Both the position numbers and the translations under genes were made by a program. The notes below the pieces were generated by a model, which was given only the letters and a program-made list of their open reading frames with translations, ran no database searches and was not told the DNA's origin. DNA of 64,000 bases from Octopus vulgaris (taxonomy: Eukaryota). Shown here one piece after another: positions 13,493-28,039 of the stretch (its first letter is position 1; the number at the start of each line of letters is the position of its first letter). The stretch is from the NCBI GenBank assembly GCA_951406725.2, contig OX597820.1, positions 92,504,001 to 92,568,000 on the forward strand, given 5' to 3'.

Positions 13493-14445
13493 GAAATATG
13501 CTACAAACACACTTTAACTAACCTAAATGTTACTTATGACTAAACATTGCTTGGCGCTTACATTTCAATATATATATATGTATATAAGTATATTTATATG
13601 TGTGTGCGTGTGTGTGTGTGTGTATGTTTGTATGTATGTATATATATATGTATATATATGTATGTATATGTATGTATTTATATATATATATATATATATA
13701 TTTATATACATACATATATGAACATACATACATGTATATGCGAATATATATATATATATATGTATATACATATATATATATATATTCCCAAATACAGTTA
13801 ATCTCACTTCAACATTTAATTTTCATTTATTTCAAAATATTTTCCTCGCTTTCAAACCACTGCCTATTCACTAACAAGACTCGGTGCTGCATCCGGAAAA
13901 GTAACAGTTAGTCCATGATGTATATATGTGTTTATATATGTATGCATGTATGTATGTATGCATGTTTATATGTATTCATGTATACATATATGTATGTGTA
14001 TGTGCGCATGCTTGCATATAGCCATATACGCATGTATGTATATGTGTAGGTATGTATGTATGTGAAAAGTGATTCAAGGGCATTTTGACTGTTGTTTCTA
14101 GCACATCCAAACACAACCCTCCACGTTTATTTATCACTTTCGCATTTATTGATGTTTTTCAATATTTTTTCTGTATAAATACATTTACATGCTACCCCAT
14201 TCCCCACCCCGATTGTTTCTATTTAGGAATAAAAAAGCCTGAGAAGGTCAATGCCGAGAAGATCTTTGCTGAGAAGGTATTCCACAACGATTTAAAAAAA
14301 TTACAGGGATGTACTTGCATAGCAAGTAAGTTGATCTGAGATCATGTGCTGAAATAAAAACAATTGCAGTATGGAAGATGTTTGTAAACTATTCAAGAAC
14401 ACATAAATATCATTAGTTTCACTTTAGCAATAAAAACTTCATTTG

Positions 14446-14492
14446 TGTCAAAATATTTTCATCGCTTTGAAACTGCGACCTGTTCACTGACA
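14446..14492 (-). ncRNA. Hammerhead-like motif with a swapped G3:C8 core pair
   Basis: Minus strand TGTCA-GTGAACA-G-GTCGC-agtttcaaa-GCGAT-GAA-AATATT-T-TGACA: 5-bp stem I, 5-bp stem II, palindromic stem III AATATT, UUU triplet. Confidence 0.5.
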
Positions 14493-15249
14493 AACAAATT
14501 CACAAAAGTGACGCAGCACGAAGTTTTGTCAGTGAACAGCATACATAACGCGCGTGCACAGACACATTCATTGCCTTTCATTTATGTATATGCGTATTTA
14601 TGCGTGAGCACGAGTGATTATTGGTGTGCGTGTGTCATTGTTGACGTTTTGTTTGGAAACTGAGAATAAGAAGCAAGTTTCGAGTGCTTGTCGGTAACTT
14701 TTTGTTTACTTACCCCGCGTCTTCTAATAGTAATTACCCAACTTTCTAGGCTCTTCACACAGCTATTCCACGTTCGAAAATTATACGGGTATTTCAAAAA
14801 GTTCCATTCAATAAAAAATGTTTTTACATAACGTATACATTAATAGTGAATTAAAACTTAAAAGAGAAAGTGAGAGAATTTGCAAATGAAAATGGAATAC
14901 TCCGCAGTGAATGCAATATTTAAATGTATGATGAATTGGAGGTAGTGAATATTTAAATTTGCGAGAAATTGGAGTTACAACGAATTCAATAAACGCGAGA
15001 AATCGAAATTATCAGAAATTTCTTAGAATATTCGTTGCTTAGTTTGGACTCATACGTAGATTGTTTTACTGCTGAGGTGAGAAATTTTGTTCGTTGTTGA
15101 AAGTTGTTATGACTCGTAGTGAAAAAACTGTTTATTGCTTGTTTAGAAGTAAGTTGTTACTTCCCCCGCGCGGATGAATTATAATTGTTTGCTGTAAAAG
15201 AAAATTACTTCTGTGTGGCGTAAGCCACAAATTTTTGAGATACCGAGAA

Positions 15250-15720
15250 TGGAAGAAGTCAGAAGTCTAAATGTAAGAAGAAACGTAGAGGTGGCTAATT
15301 TGGCAACTGGGGAATCAGCAAATGAGATAAAAGGTATGAATTCTGCAACAGCGGCCGATTGTAGAATCCGAAATGTAACACTGAAAATTTAAAAGGATAC
15401 TAAGAGATATAAACAAAGTAAGGGACTGACGTGCAAGTGACCCCTCCTCAAAATATCCAAACAGACGTTCTGGAAAGAACAATGGCATTTAAAATTTACA
15501 ACGTGTAAAAAAAGAAAATTGATTATGTTAATGAAACCGAAATAGAAAAATGCTTAAAGCCGATATGGCACGAAGTAAAGTATGTAACGCGTGGAAAAAG
15601 GTACAAAACAATAGAGATTCAAATGGAGTCGGCCGAGAAGGCGAAACAGTACTCGGTGGAGCAAACAGAGGTGGTGGTGCTCCTTTCCATATATATGGAG
15701 ATGAGAAACTTCACCTCTGG
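15250..15720 (+). pseudogene. Decayed non-LTR retrotransposon ORF1-like fragment
   Basis: One frame reads ..DVLERTMAFKIYNV*KKKIDYVNETEIEKCLKPIWHEVKYVTRGKRYKTIEIQMESAEKAKQYS..LLSIYM with one stop. Resembles the N-terminal (RRM-like) region of LINE ORF1; family assignment is from memory only. Confidence 0.4.
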
Positions 15721-17450
15721 TCTCGGGTTGGTGAGATCCTTCACCTTTCACCTGAAAAGGAAAGTGAGGCTGGAGAGAAGATATCTGTCAGAGAGGATGT
15801 TTAAAGACAGATAGATGCGTATAGCTAGAATGCTGGGTGTGAAACAATATACACAGGACTGTAACAAATTGAATTGAATATGTATCACTTGTCCTGAGCA
15901 TTAAAATAAAAAAAATGTATGGACAGACAGATAACAGAATTGGGCACACAAATAATTTTACAAGAAATTATTTATTAGCTATAAAATAGAGGAGTTTGAT
16001 TGTTAATTTCTCATTTTAGACAGACCTTAGATAGATACTGTAAGAGCTCGGGACTTATTTGTATAAACAGAAACATCATATATCAGCTATCACAATAACA
16101 AATATTTCTGTTATTTTGTCACCTGTTCCTTTATATAGCATTCAATATACTTTTCTTTTACAGCTTCAGTCGTGGAATGGAGTACAGGAAGGTGGACCGA
16201 CTTTAAGGAGTTTATTGGATTACGCGATCCTTTGTGTTGGTAGCCATATTAAAATTCTCTATGAAATGGCTGAATTGACATTCATTTATGATCCGTTTTA
16301 GGAAGTTAACCTCATGGAGCAAAATATCAGAATGTTTTAACATCGATCTACAACCCAGACACGATCACAAGCAGGACGTATTGCTCATATATCATGCACA
16401 CACACAACATACACACACACAACACACACACGCACGCATACAACACACAACACAACAGACACACACACACACCACACGCACAGAGAACCATATTTACGCA
16501 CGCACACACACACGCACGCACGCGTACGCGCTCAGACACACATACGCATTCAGACACACACGTACACTCCATATCAGTTGATTAGGGTGATTCATGTACA
16601 TGACTGATACATGTTGTAGGACCAAGAAGGATGAAAAGTAAAGTAGATTGCATTAACAAAACGATTTCAGTTTGAAATTCTATACATATCGATTTGCTGA
16701 GAATTAATTATTACTACTGTAGCACTACGTAGCAAATACACGTCTATTTTGTGCTTTATTTATGTATATAAAAATTACGTGCATACATTTAAATAAAATA
16801 GACCTTTTCAGATAACTATGTATTCATTATAATAGAAAACGAGACAAAACTATATTGAAAATTGTGGAGTGATTGACAACATCGTGGTTAAGCATTTTTA
16901 CTTCCAACAAATAAAGAAGACACCTGAGGAAAACACGTGAAAATGCGATGTATTCTTAAGATTCAACTAGAATACCAGATACCCTTTCGTAGAATTTAAC
17001 GAAGATAATCTTTCATGTTTCCATCGATATAGCAAACTTTTAATCGTAAACTTTAATTGGAAGAAACGATAAATTATTTACAACAACCTAATGAGGAATT
17101 AACATTTAATAATTTAGAACCATATTTTCAATATCTATTTAAATGAGGGTTTGCAGAGAAGCGACAAGATGTGTATGTGGGCACCTGCGTGTTCGTGTAG
17201 GTTTGTGACGGTCTGTGTGTGTAAGACAGAGAAATAGACGAAGAAGTCGATGTATTAGAGGAGAGAACAAGTGTGCTTGTAATAGGTTTATATACAGATG
17301 AATGCGTACATTTAAACACGTATATTTACGTGAATATTTTTCGGCTTCTCAACGAAATTAGAAACATGAATGCTAAAATGTTTGATGAGATAACACACGT
17401 GTACACAAACATACACGCATAAATATATTCGTATGCTTATATCTACAAGT

Positions 17451-17527
<77 letters not shown>

Positions 17528-18369
17528 TGTACAGAAGCGTATCTACATTAGCATATATGTGGGCGTATGTATACAAGCATCTATGTATGTAAATATATAT
17601 ATATGCTGTGAGAGAAAGACGTAAATGTGGATGTTTACGTAAACTTATAAGTATCACAGCCGGTGTGTTTATGTGTATATATATATGTGTGCCTGAAAAT
17701 TATGTGTGTGTGCTTGTGTGTGAGTGTGTGTGTGTGCGTGTGTGTGTGTATATGTGTGCTTGTTTGGAGTGTGTGTGTGTGTGTGGTGCGTTGTGTGTAT
17801 TCTGCGTGTGTCTAGATTCATATGTTAATGTAATATCTCATATAACAGCGTTAGTAATATGTCATATTTTGCAATGATAATAATGCGACTAAAGTTATTT
17901 TGGGGTCAATATTTGCAAGTATAATTCCGTAGTTAATTTTGGCTAGAAAAGTAGATTAATTCACAGTAGAACTTATTTACTGGTGACAAGTGAGTGCTAC
18001 TCTAAATTACACACAGTGAATACTGTAACACATGAACATATTTAGTCAACAGTTACTTTCGTTCATCGTGTATTGTACTACAAGTCGAATTGTCGATTTT
18101 CTGATTCTATAGGTGCAGATATCAGCGTGTGATTCGGAGTCGATTCGCAACTATAAGATCACTGATATAGTTCCATTATGCGGAGTCTTCAAAAAGTGTC
18201 TTCTACTCCACTTTCAAAACAACGAAGGTTATGTCAGTGAATATTGTAATAAAAGGACATGGAAACCGGTTTTAAATATGTCTGTGTAGGGTGAATATAT
18301 ATATATACACATAGGTGTGTGTATATATGTAAATATGCGTGTGTGTATATATGTATGTATATATATGTG

Positions 18370-20600
18370 TGTTATGATGTGGATCTTCGTCCACTTGTAT
18401 GTTATTGTCTGCACTGTAATATTCTTGTCGTTACTATTATTTTGTGGTGGTATCCCGCATATCATTATCTTTGTCTTGTCTATCGTGCTATCGATGATAG
18501 CTCAGCAAGACAATGACTTGAAACGTCTGCCTTGACGGTAACTCAAACTCGTATTTATCACGTAACTGACACTAACTCAAACTGAACTGAAAACTCTTAC
18601 AACGAACCTACTACTACTGACCACCTACAACGACTGACTCTCTGACATTATAGTGGCTCTGTCATACCACTGTGTCACGTGAGAAGGGAGTACCATTTTC
18701 ACTGCATCTCGTCTTTTCTTTTTTTTTCTTTGGGAAGCAAGTAATTTTATTTTAATTTATTCATCCCTCCCTTTAGCTAACCACAATTTTTTTTTCCATT
18801 AATGAACTTATCTTTCGACGCGTGTCACATTATCTCCTACAGAATGATTGGTAACTCTCATACAATGTTCCACATTATGTGTTGAATTTCTTCTTCGGCT
18901 ATGAGGGTTGCTATTACTGTGTCCTCGAATGGGTTGCCATTTCTGAATATTGGGTAGGTCGTCAGCATATCCTAGCTTTTTCGAAGGTAAATATTCCATT
19001 GCGTAGTCGTAGTTTATTAAAATGGTGCCCCATCGCTGCAACCTGATTGTTGTATGTACTGGGAGTCTTTTCTTGGATCCATATATCGTTAGCAACTGGC
19101 GATGGTATGTTTGTAGTCTAAAACGTCTAGCATATATAAACCTGCGGAACTTTTTTATACTATACCTCTTTTGCAATTTGGCTATATTTTTTGTACTCTT
19201 TTATACAATACCTCTTTCTCAATTTTGCTATATTTTCCCCACTGGCAATGGGTTCTTTGACGCATAAGCTATGGCCTTTTGGCTATCATCTTCACATTTG
19301 TATAGGAGTACGACACCTAGCCCGTACTGACTAGCATTTGTTGCCAGTATCGTTTCCAACTTCGGATCAAAGTGTTTAAGTGACAAGTCTGAAGGTAACA
19401 TGATTTTTATTTCTTCTAATGCTTTCTGGCATTTTTCTGACCAAAACCATTTGGAATCCTTTTTTAACAGCTCGTATGTGCTGCGTATGTTCTGGATATA
19501 TACTTAATAGAGTTTACAAGCCTAAAAATGCTTGCAACAATTTGGCGTCCGTTGGAGGAGACATAATCCGTATTGCCGTTGCTCTTGATGGTTCTGGCTT
19601 TCGTCCATTTTCGTCAATTACTTGACCTAAATATTTGATTTATTTTCATCAAAAATTCAAACTATTTTCTGTTAGTCTAAACCCGTATTCATTTATTTAT
19701 CTGAATATTTTTCTATATCTTCAAAGTGTTGTTCCACTGACTCGCGCTTTTTCAAAATATCATGGAGACAAGCGATTGCGAAGTCACAATCGTTTAATAT
19801 TGCATCCATCACTTGTTGGAATGCGGCAGGTACCACTTTTATTCCAAAAGAAGCCTCTTGAACTTATACGAGCCAATCCAGGGGGCGTTGTTTGTTAAAT
19901 GTGTGTGACCTCTTCCGCTGCCTGTATCTGCAGATAGGCCTCCGAGAGGTCTAACTTCGACAAATTTTTCCTCCATTTAATTTTGAGAACATTTCGTCTG
20001 GCTTGGTAATGGATAATTGTGTTCGATTGAACAGACTTTTAATACAGTTGAAAAGATCGCACACATTCTTAATTGCTTTATTTCCTTTACATAAACCCAT
20101 CGACCTTTTCAATTATAGCTAGAGATTTTAGTTTAACACCACAAACGACACCTTCCTTTTGGGCTTAAAAACAACTGTTGCTTTTACATTTATTGTGATC
20201 TTCGCTTTTGTTTTACTGCAACAGCCTAATCCTTCCCACAAAAAAAAAATTTAGAAACAATTTTCTAATTTTTTACCTTAGTTGTTCGAACTCATTCTAA
20301 CATTTAACCGTGTCAACTACATTTTCAAGAGAACACTAATAGGGGTATCCTACGTTTTAAATAACTCCGTGCATTTTGTGGCATCGAAACATTCAACGAA
20401 ACATCGCAAAATAAATTCTTCGGCGAACACCGTTGTAATCCACGTTTGTGTAAATTCCCTTTCTGCAACCAGTCCAATTTGTAAATCTGGTGTTTAAATA
20501 TCGAATGAATTCGGTATAAATTCAGAATGTAGCCACAGATTACACAAGAAACACTCAACAGAAGCGGGGGTTATTCATGATTTCATCAGCTACATATATT
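18370..20600 (-). mobile_element. Ty3/Gypsy LTR retrotransposon remnant (pol fragment plus probable LTR ~18370-18705)
   Basis: Minus-strand motifs: LSKLDLSEAYLQI (RT), HFDPKLETILATNASQYGLGVVL (RNase H start), RLQRWGTILINYDYAMEYLPSKKLGYADDL (RNase H end). A minus-strand purine tract at ~18710-18730 sits next to the putative LTR. Confidence 0.85.
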
Positions 20601-21234
20601 TCAAATAGAACGACATACCTAAATATACTGCAATGCATGAATAATGCATATCTAACCGAACCCATATTAATTTATTAGAATGCTATAGAGAGTAAGAAAT
20701 TCAATATTGTGCTATTCTTCTTAAAGTGGTAATTTAACTTTGATAAATGGGCGGGATTTGATGCAAAAATGGTACGAGACATTTTGTTGGAAGCTCTGTC
20801 AATTCATTTAATCCATCGCCTATCCAACTCGTCTTTCTTTTGAGCGACTCACCATTCCCTATCGACTATATTGCCTGTTAACTCTGTTGCCTGTTTTCCA
20901 TCTATCCATTTTGATTTCATCTAGGTAATAGAAAAACGAATAATCGTTTTCTAATATTTTTCTTCATCAAAAATATTTGAAAGTATAATTAATATTTCTT
21001 GAGGTAAAGTCTGCAACAAAAAATTAACATGAAAAAAAATTGATTCACTGAAAACAGGCGATCATAGAATTGTTGAGAAAGTAATGTTTTCATTTTCTAT
21101 AAATACCTTGTTAACACATTTATCGAACTCTCTTAACAGCTTTGAAAACGTGTATGTGTTAGTGTGTGTGTGCGTATGTATGCATGTATGTCTCTCTCTC
21201 TCTTTCTGTCTGTCTGTCCGTATCTCTCTCTCTC

Positions 21235-21278
<44 letters not shown>

Positions 21279-22654
21279 TATATACACATACATTAGTATC
21301 TATAAACGTGTGTGTTTTCGTGTATATATGTATATATATATGTATATCTATTGAATTCAGATTTATATTCCAATATTATTAAAAATTAAAATATATAATA
21401 TTGTAAATAGCATCGCTTAGAATTTTTTTCAACTTTGTTCTTCTGTGATATTCTATACAAACCAAGTAGTCTAAACTTGAACTGCTTTAGCTCATCTACC
21501 CATTAGAATGGATGGACAAATAACTTGTTTTCATAGACGAAAGATATTTTATGATCAAAACAAACCGTAATTCTTGAAATATTTTGCATTCAATATTACA
21601 AATTACAGTGACTATATTAGTATCAACACTATATTTAATTTGTGCTTCGGTCACAGAACGTTAAATACACACCGTTTTATTACTATATTCATTCTGATGG
21701 AAGGATATTGAGTTTCATCATCTATCATCAATTCTACCATGTCGCTTGCGCACCTATTAATTATACTACATAATTAGCATGGACATAATTTACACATATT
21801 TGACAAGCATTTTGCAGTTAATGTCATGATGCCGAATTTTCTTGCACCTTAAACTTAGTAAGATTTATGTATAAAATTATTAGTAGTCTTTCTTTCTCTC
21901 TTTCTTTCTCTTTCTCTCTCTCTCTCTCGCTCTCTCTCTCTCTTTGTCTGCTCTCTCCCTACACGTTTCTCTCTCTCTTTCCTTCTTTTCTGTTCCTGTC
22001 TCTTCCACTACAAGAATATGAGGACCGGTGCTTACTACATGTTAATGAAACTTAAAAACCAAAACGAGGCACATTATACGGTCGTCTCTTTTGGTAGATG
22101 TAACAGCAAGATTCCCTTAGATAACATCCTGCCATCTAAAACATGAGGAAACAATCAAACCGGTATCTTTATATCTACATGATGGTATGTAACGCATTCA
22201 CATATTGATCCTTTCTATCAGGGCTAAGCTAGAAAATATCATAAATTACAACTAAACCACAATACATGAGACATTATCTCACCTCCAACAATACACCATA
22301 TTAAAAAAATGAAAACACATTGGGCAATGTTTTCCAGAAACACTATGTATGACGCAATGAGATGGGATGGTCAGGAGTGGAAAGTCTTTGACTAGCAGTT
22401 TGGTTTTCAGGACCAACGTGAGCCTTAATAACAATGAGTTATGCAACTAATACAGCAAAGCAGCTAATAAGGAGTAGGCCATCCTGCAGCTGCTTCTTTT
22501 GCTACAAGTAGCAACTAAATTTTAAAAGGGGACGGTTAAACTTACAAAATGTAATGGGACAATCAATGGTTGTCTTCAGAAACGACGCACTGCTGGCGGT
22601 TGGAATTCTTTCATATGCACGTATGGTTAGTCAGGTTTAATTAAAATGTTGATC

Positions 22655-22810
22655 TCAAATTATAGCACATGGCCAGCATTTTCGGGGAGGGTGCTAGTCG
22701 ATTACATCGACAACGAAAGGGTTGAAACAAAGTCGAACTCAGCGGAATTTGAACTCAGAATGTTAAGAAGGACGAAATGCCGTTAAGCATTTTCCTCTGC
22801 CAGCTTGAAG
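22655..22810 (-). mobile_element. SINE family A, diverged and deleted
   Basis: Contains GCGGAATTTGAACTCAGAA (reverse B-box region) and GACGAAATGCC..TAAGCATTT. Confidence 0.65.
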
Positions 22811-22907
22811 CTTTATTGTTTAATTAAAATATTAATAATGTGTAAGACATATCGAATAAAATAATGGTTGATAAACTACCTGTAATATTTGGTTGAATGT
22901 AAATATA

Positions 22908-23469
22908 TAGGGCTGTCCGGAAAGTTCGTGCCGATATATAGTAGCTTACCTTTCGACTTATTTTAGAACATGGTTGAGTCCATAAAATAGGATTTGACTA
23001 CACCTCCATTTAGAGCTCAGTTTAAGCTATCTTTTCGTGGAAGAAGGTTTATGTTCCTATAACCTATGTTAATTCTGTAACCCTTTAAAATGGAAGATAA
23101 AGTTCATATTCGGCACTTGATGTTTGGGAACCAGACAAAAAAACCTACAGCTCGGCTGGGATGTGTTACCCCACCCTCCATATTCACCAGATATTGCTCC
23201 TTCAGATTTCCACTTATTCAGGTCTCTGCAGGATAGTCTTAATGGTAAAAATTTCAATTCCTTGGATGACGTAAAATGATACCTTAATGAATTCTTTGCC
23301 ATGAAACCACCTCAATTCTGGGCAGGGGATATTTTCAAGTTAAAGGAAAGATGGAGACGCATTGTGCAACAAAATGGTTCATATTTGGTTGATTAAAAAT
23401 GTAATGGCAAGTATTTATTGACCTTTTTCTTTTCTTTAAAAATCGGCATGAACTTTCCGGACAACCCAA
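22908..23469 (+). mobile_element. Internally deleted non-autonomous mariner (562 bp)
   Basis: 28-bp TIRs TAGGGCTGTCCGGAAAGTTCGTGCCGAT / ATCGGCATGAACTTTCCGGACAACCCAA with TA on both sides. Transposase start MEDKVHIRHLM is fused to WDVLPHPPYSPDIAPSDFHLFRSLQ..WRRIVQQNGSY. Confidence 0.93.
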
Positions 23470-24612
23470 TAGAAATGTAAGTATAAATGTGTGTGTGTGT
23501 GTAGACATATATAAAGAGAGAGCTCGACAGTCAGACAGAGAAGGGAGATAGATAACTTGCAGACATGTCATCTTAAAATAAACTGCCTTATAGAAACTGT
23601 TAACTAAACTGAAATATGTCAACTGCTTTCTTCATTTACCAGTGCTATCAAAATTGCTTACCTTATTTGTAGTCTGCAGATTTTAGATAATACCGGAATA
23701 GATTTTTGTCTAAAAATTGCCTAGATAATATCAGTTGATCGAAGCTTACAGCTCCACTTTATTGTACATGTGAGAACTTGACAACAACGCTTAAAAAATC
23801 AGTAAAAGCATTTGGTGGCTTCGAAGATGCTACAGGAAATAATTCTCGCTGCAGGTGGTAAAATCATAGTTTGTATTTTATCTTTATCTTATATCCTTGT
23901 ACAACTAAACCATGAAATTTCGAATGATGTTAACACTTTCTCAAACCATGTTAACGTAACGCTTTTGTAGTATATTTTCAACATAGAGGAAAATCAACTA
24001 CAATCGAAAGCAATTTGATTTATCCAGCTATGGTTGATAATTTGTTGTAATTGTAATATAAATGTATATAGGAATGATCGCTGGATAGCCTGTTGAATAT
24101 GACACCTTCGAAATTCATTTTGCTATAACAAGTGTATTTTGTCCAGTTTTTTTCATTTGTTTCGCAGTCTGTTCCGGAATTACCTCCGGTGTATAGGGCA
24201 AGCTTCATTTGACTCATTGCTGACGAGGGGTTCGAACATGTTCCCGATTTATTTCTTTATATAAGTTCATTCGGGCACGATAGCCGTGCCCATAGAATTG
24301 CATACATTTGATGAAGTCCTGTAAAAGCGTTCTGTTTATATAAGATGAACGAATATGAGGTACATTGCCTATAAATCTTACTAACTATGCTATAAGATAT
24401 TTTTTTTGAATTTCTTGATATGAATGATTAGAGATTAAAAAACACTTTATACACACACACACACACACACACATACACCACACACATACACACACACATA
24501 TATATATATATATGCACACACGCGTGCGCAAGCACGCACACATACATATGTGTATGCATGTACATACATACATACATACATGCATACATACATACATACA
24601 TACATACATACA

Positions 24613-24645
<33 letters not shown>

Positions 24646-25046
24646 GCACACATATATTTGTGTATATGCTTGTGTATTCACACAATTTTATAGTGGCGTC
24701 CATGATGACGTATAACCGGTACTTAGAGCTCCGTATAAAATTCATACATTGAAAGAGAACTCGTATTATGCTTCAAGTGTTCTTTCCTTAGCTTCAATAG
24801 CTAGAAACATCACAGAGTGTTTACAGAAGAAATGCTGTGAGAGAAAATGTTTAATCACATCGTCTTATACATATTTTATGAAGATTACGCTCGAAATACG
24901 GAATCTAGGCCTTAATCTCTAGCTCTTCTCTTCGTCAGTACTCATACATAAAGTGTACTTTCATACACTCTCACACACACATACACACAAACTCACTCAC
25001 TCGCACATATATCAATGTAATTGATATATCAATGTATTTATGTTCA

Positions 25047-25443
<397 letters not shown>

Positions 25444-25905
25444 ATGGGACCAAAACATAGCAAAATAAGACGGGCTCGAGACCAGAACTTAATTAACGGC
25501 TTAGGGCCAGACGAAGACAATGATAATAATAATACACATACAAACAAAAAATCCTTTGCGGCTGCAGGAAAAGATAAAAGTGGGTAAGGTGGAGGAGAAA
25601 GGAAAACTGCCCCAAAGGTCTATTGACACAGGAGGGGTAGAGCGAGTCTGGTCGAAGGCATCACGAAAATGCATGACAACAGCTTAGATCGTCACGGGTC
25701 ATGTGATAGTGGGATGGGGGGTAAGAAAATAAGACAGAGACAGAGATAGAAAGAAAGGAAATTAAAATAAGCAAATTATGAGACAGAGTGGCACAAAAAT
25801 ATTCCAACTATTATTGTACAAATTGGTAGAAAATTAAAGAGTGCGTGCGTTACACTAATATTTTCAGGATTAAATTAAAAGAAGACAAGAAGCGGAAAAT
25901 ATGAG

Positions 25906-25990
<85 letters not shown>

Positions 25991-26730
25991 TTTAAAAACT
26001 GTGTAGTAAATAAACAAACGAATTTATAGTCAGTAGAAAAAGAATACGGAAGAGTGTCTGACATTAATAATATATCTCCAGCAGCGAGAACTTAACTGTT
26101 AATTCCCAATGGTTTTTAGTTCCAAGGGGATGTAGCAAACTTGCTGCATTGGATTTTTGATTGAGATAAGGATTAAGATGAATGTAGCTATGTTACCACT
26201 ACTCTTTCTGGACATCTATAGTTATTTTCTTCTGCCACTCTAAGCATTGTAATTTATTTATTCTCTAATTCTGCTGAAAAATTTGCTAAAAAGTTATAAT
26301 GGAGTATTTTGTATGACTGAGGAGTGCGATGTATTTCAAATTGATGTAATTTGATCGATTAAATGGAGGTGCTTGACACGGGCGTAATGCACTAATACCT
26401 GGACATCCTTGTTACTTTTTTGCTATTTATATATGTGTGTGTGTGTATGTGAGTATGTGTGTGTGTATGTGTGTGCACGTTCGTATGCATATATGTATGT
26501 TTTCGTACATACATATTTCTCCTTTTAATTTAAAGTAAATTTTGACCGGTGGAAATTGTGGTAGCAAAGTTGTTAAGGAAAACATCTTGTTTTAACTATC
26601 AACTTTTAAATCTCAAGAAAGTATAGTATGTTTTCATAGTCCTAGATATCGTGATCATTTACATCAAATGAATTAAGGATTTACAGGTATGTATGTGCGT
26701 ATGTATGTATGTAAGTGTACATGCAGAAAC

Positions 26731-26798
<68 letters not shown>

Positions 26799-27169
26799 GG
26801 TTATGCATATGTATATATACATACATACATATATATATAAATACATATGATTATATACATGTATATATATACAAACATATATGCATATATATATATATAC
26901 ATATATACACGCGCGCACCCGTACACACATACATTTATGTATATATATATATTATCAATAATAATAAAGGGTAAAATTAATTAATTCATTAATAATTAAT
27001 AATTTTACCAAGTAGTTTAGACATGTTAAAATAACTATTATCGGTAAACTTAATAACTTTTTTATTATTACGAGAAATAATTATAATTATAATTATAATT
27101 ATAGTCATAATCATAAAAAATGCATTATATATATATGCATATATATATATATCGATTGCTGTAGCTTGT

Positions 27170-27450
27170 ATCCGAGCATTGTGTTCGTTAGTTTCCATCC
27201 AGTCTTCTTGGCTGATGTTTGTACCGAAAGTAACTTTGGAGTCCAAGCCGGTGGTGAAACAGTTGTGGGCAGAATTCGCACGGGATAGTCGGTGCAGGTC
27301 GAGGATGTTGAAGACGCCACTTTCTTCCCTGCGTTTTGCCTCCTCATTCTGTTCTCTTTTCTTCTTGAAGAAGCCTGCTCTGTTGCGGATAGCAGTCCTC
27401 CATGCTGTCCTATCCATGGCAGTCTGTTCTCATGAGGATGGGTGCATGTC
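27170..27450 (-). mobile_element. RTE LINE C-terminus with C2H2-like zinc finger
   Basis: WEQTAMDRTAWRTAIR.. followed, after a frame change, by CEFCPQLFHHRLGLQSYFRYKH. Confidence 0.7.
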
Positions 27451-27459
27451 AGCTTGAGC

Positions 27460-27812
27460 CGATGTTGCTATGTTTATGTCCCCCAGACATAGTGGTTCGG
27501 TAAATGTGACTGACAAAATAAGTACTAAGCTTACAAAGAATAAGGCCCGGAGTGGATTTCTTCGACTAAACGCGGTGCTCCAGCATGGCCGCAGTCAAAT
27601 CACTGAAACCTGTAAAAGAATAAATGAATCGTGTACACATATAAGCGGATTGTAGCTGTGTGCTAAGATGCTCACTTCTCAACACCCTGGTTCGGGGTTA
27701 AATCACGCTGCATAGTACCTTGGGCAAGTGTCTTCTCTTATAGCTACCGGCTGACCAAAGAACTGTGAATGGATTTGGTAGACGGAAACTGAAAGAAGCC
27801 CGTCGTCGTAGA
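27460..27812 (+). mobile_element. Two SINE family B fragments (3' half 27460-27628, then 5' half ~27645-27812)
   Basis: GGTGCTCCAGCATGGCCGCAGTCAAAT tail, then ACCTTGGGCAAGTGTCTTCT..GGTAGACGGAAACTGAAAGAAGCCCGTCGT. Confidence 0.75.
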
Positions 27813-28039
27813 CACACACGTCCCAATAAATTATGGGTTCGGCATGAATGAACATGAAAGTTACCCTACGAGGCAGAAGACTGAGCAAAGTTGTTGATAG
27901 AAGACCAGCAGTCGCCTATCAATGCCAGCCCCCTTTATTTATGTCATTATATGTACAGAGGGTAAAGAGTAAAGAATAGAGCTGACAGGACAATGGCACG
28001 GAAGACCATGATTTTTGTCAGGATGGTCAGAGCGAGATG

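Noticed and set aside
24205-24292. CTGACGA-GGGG..TCCC and a GGGCACG/CGTGCCC hairpin
   Set aside because: GATT follows instead of GAAA, and stems I and III cannot be formed.
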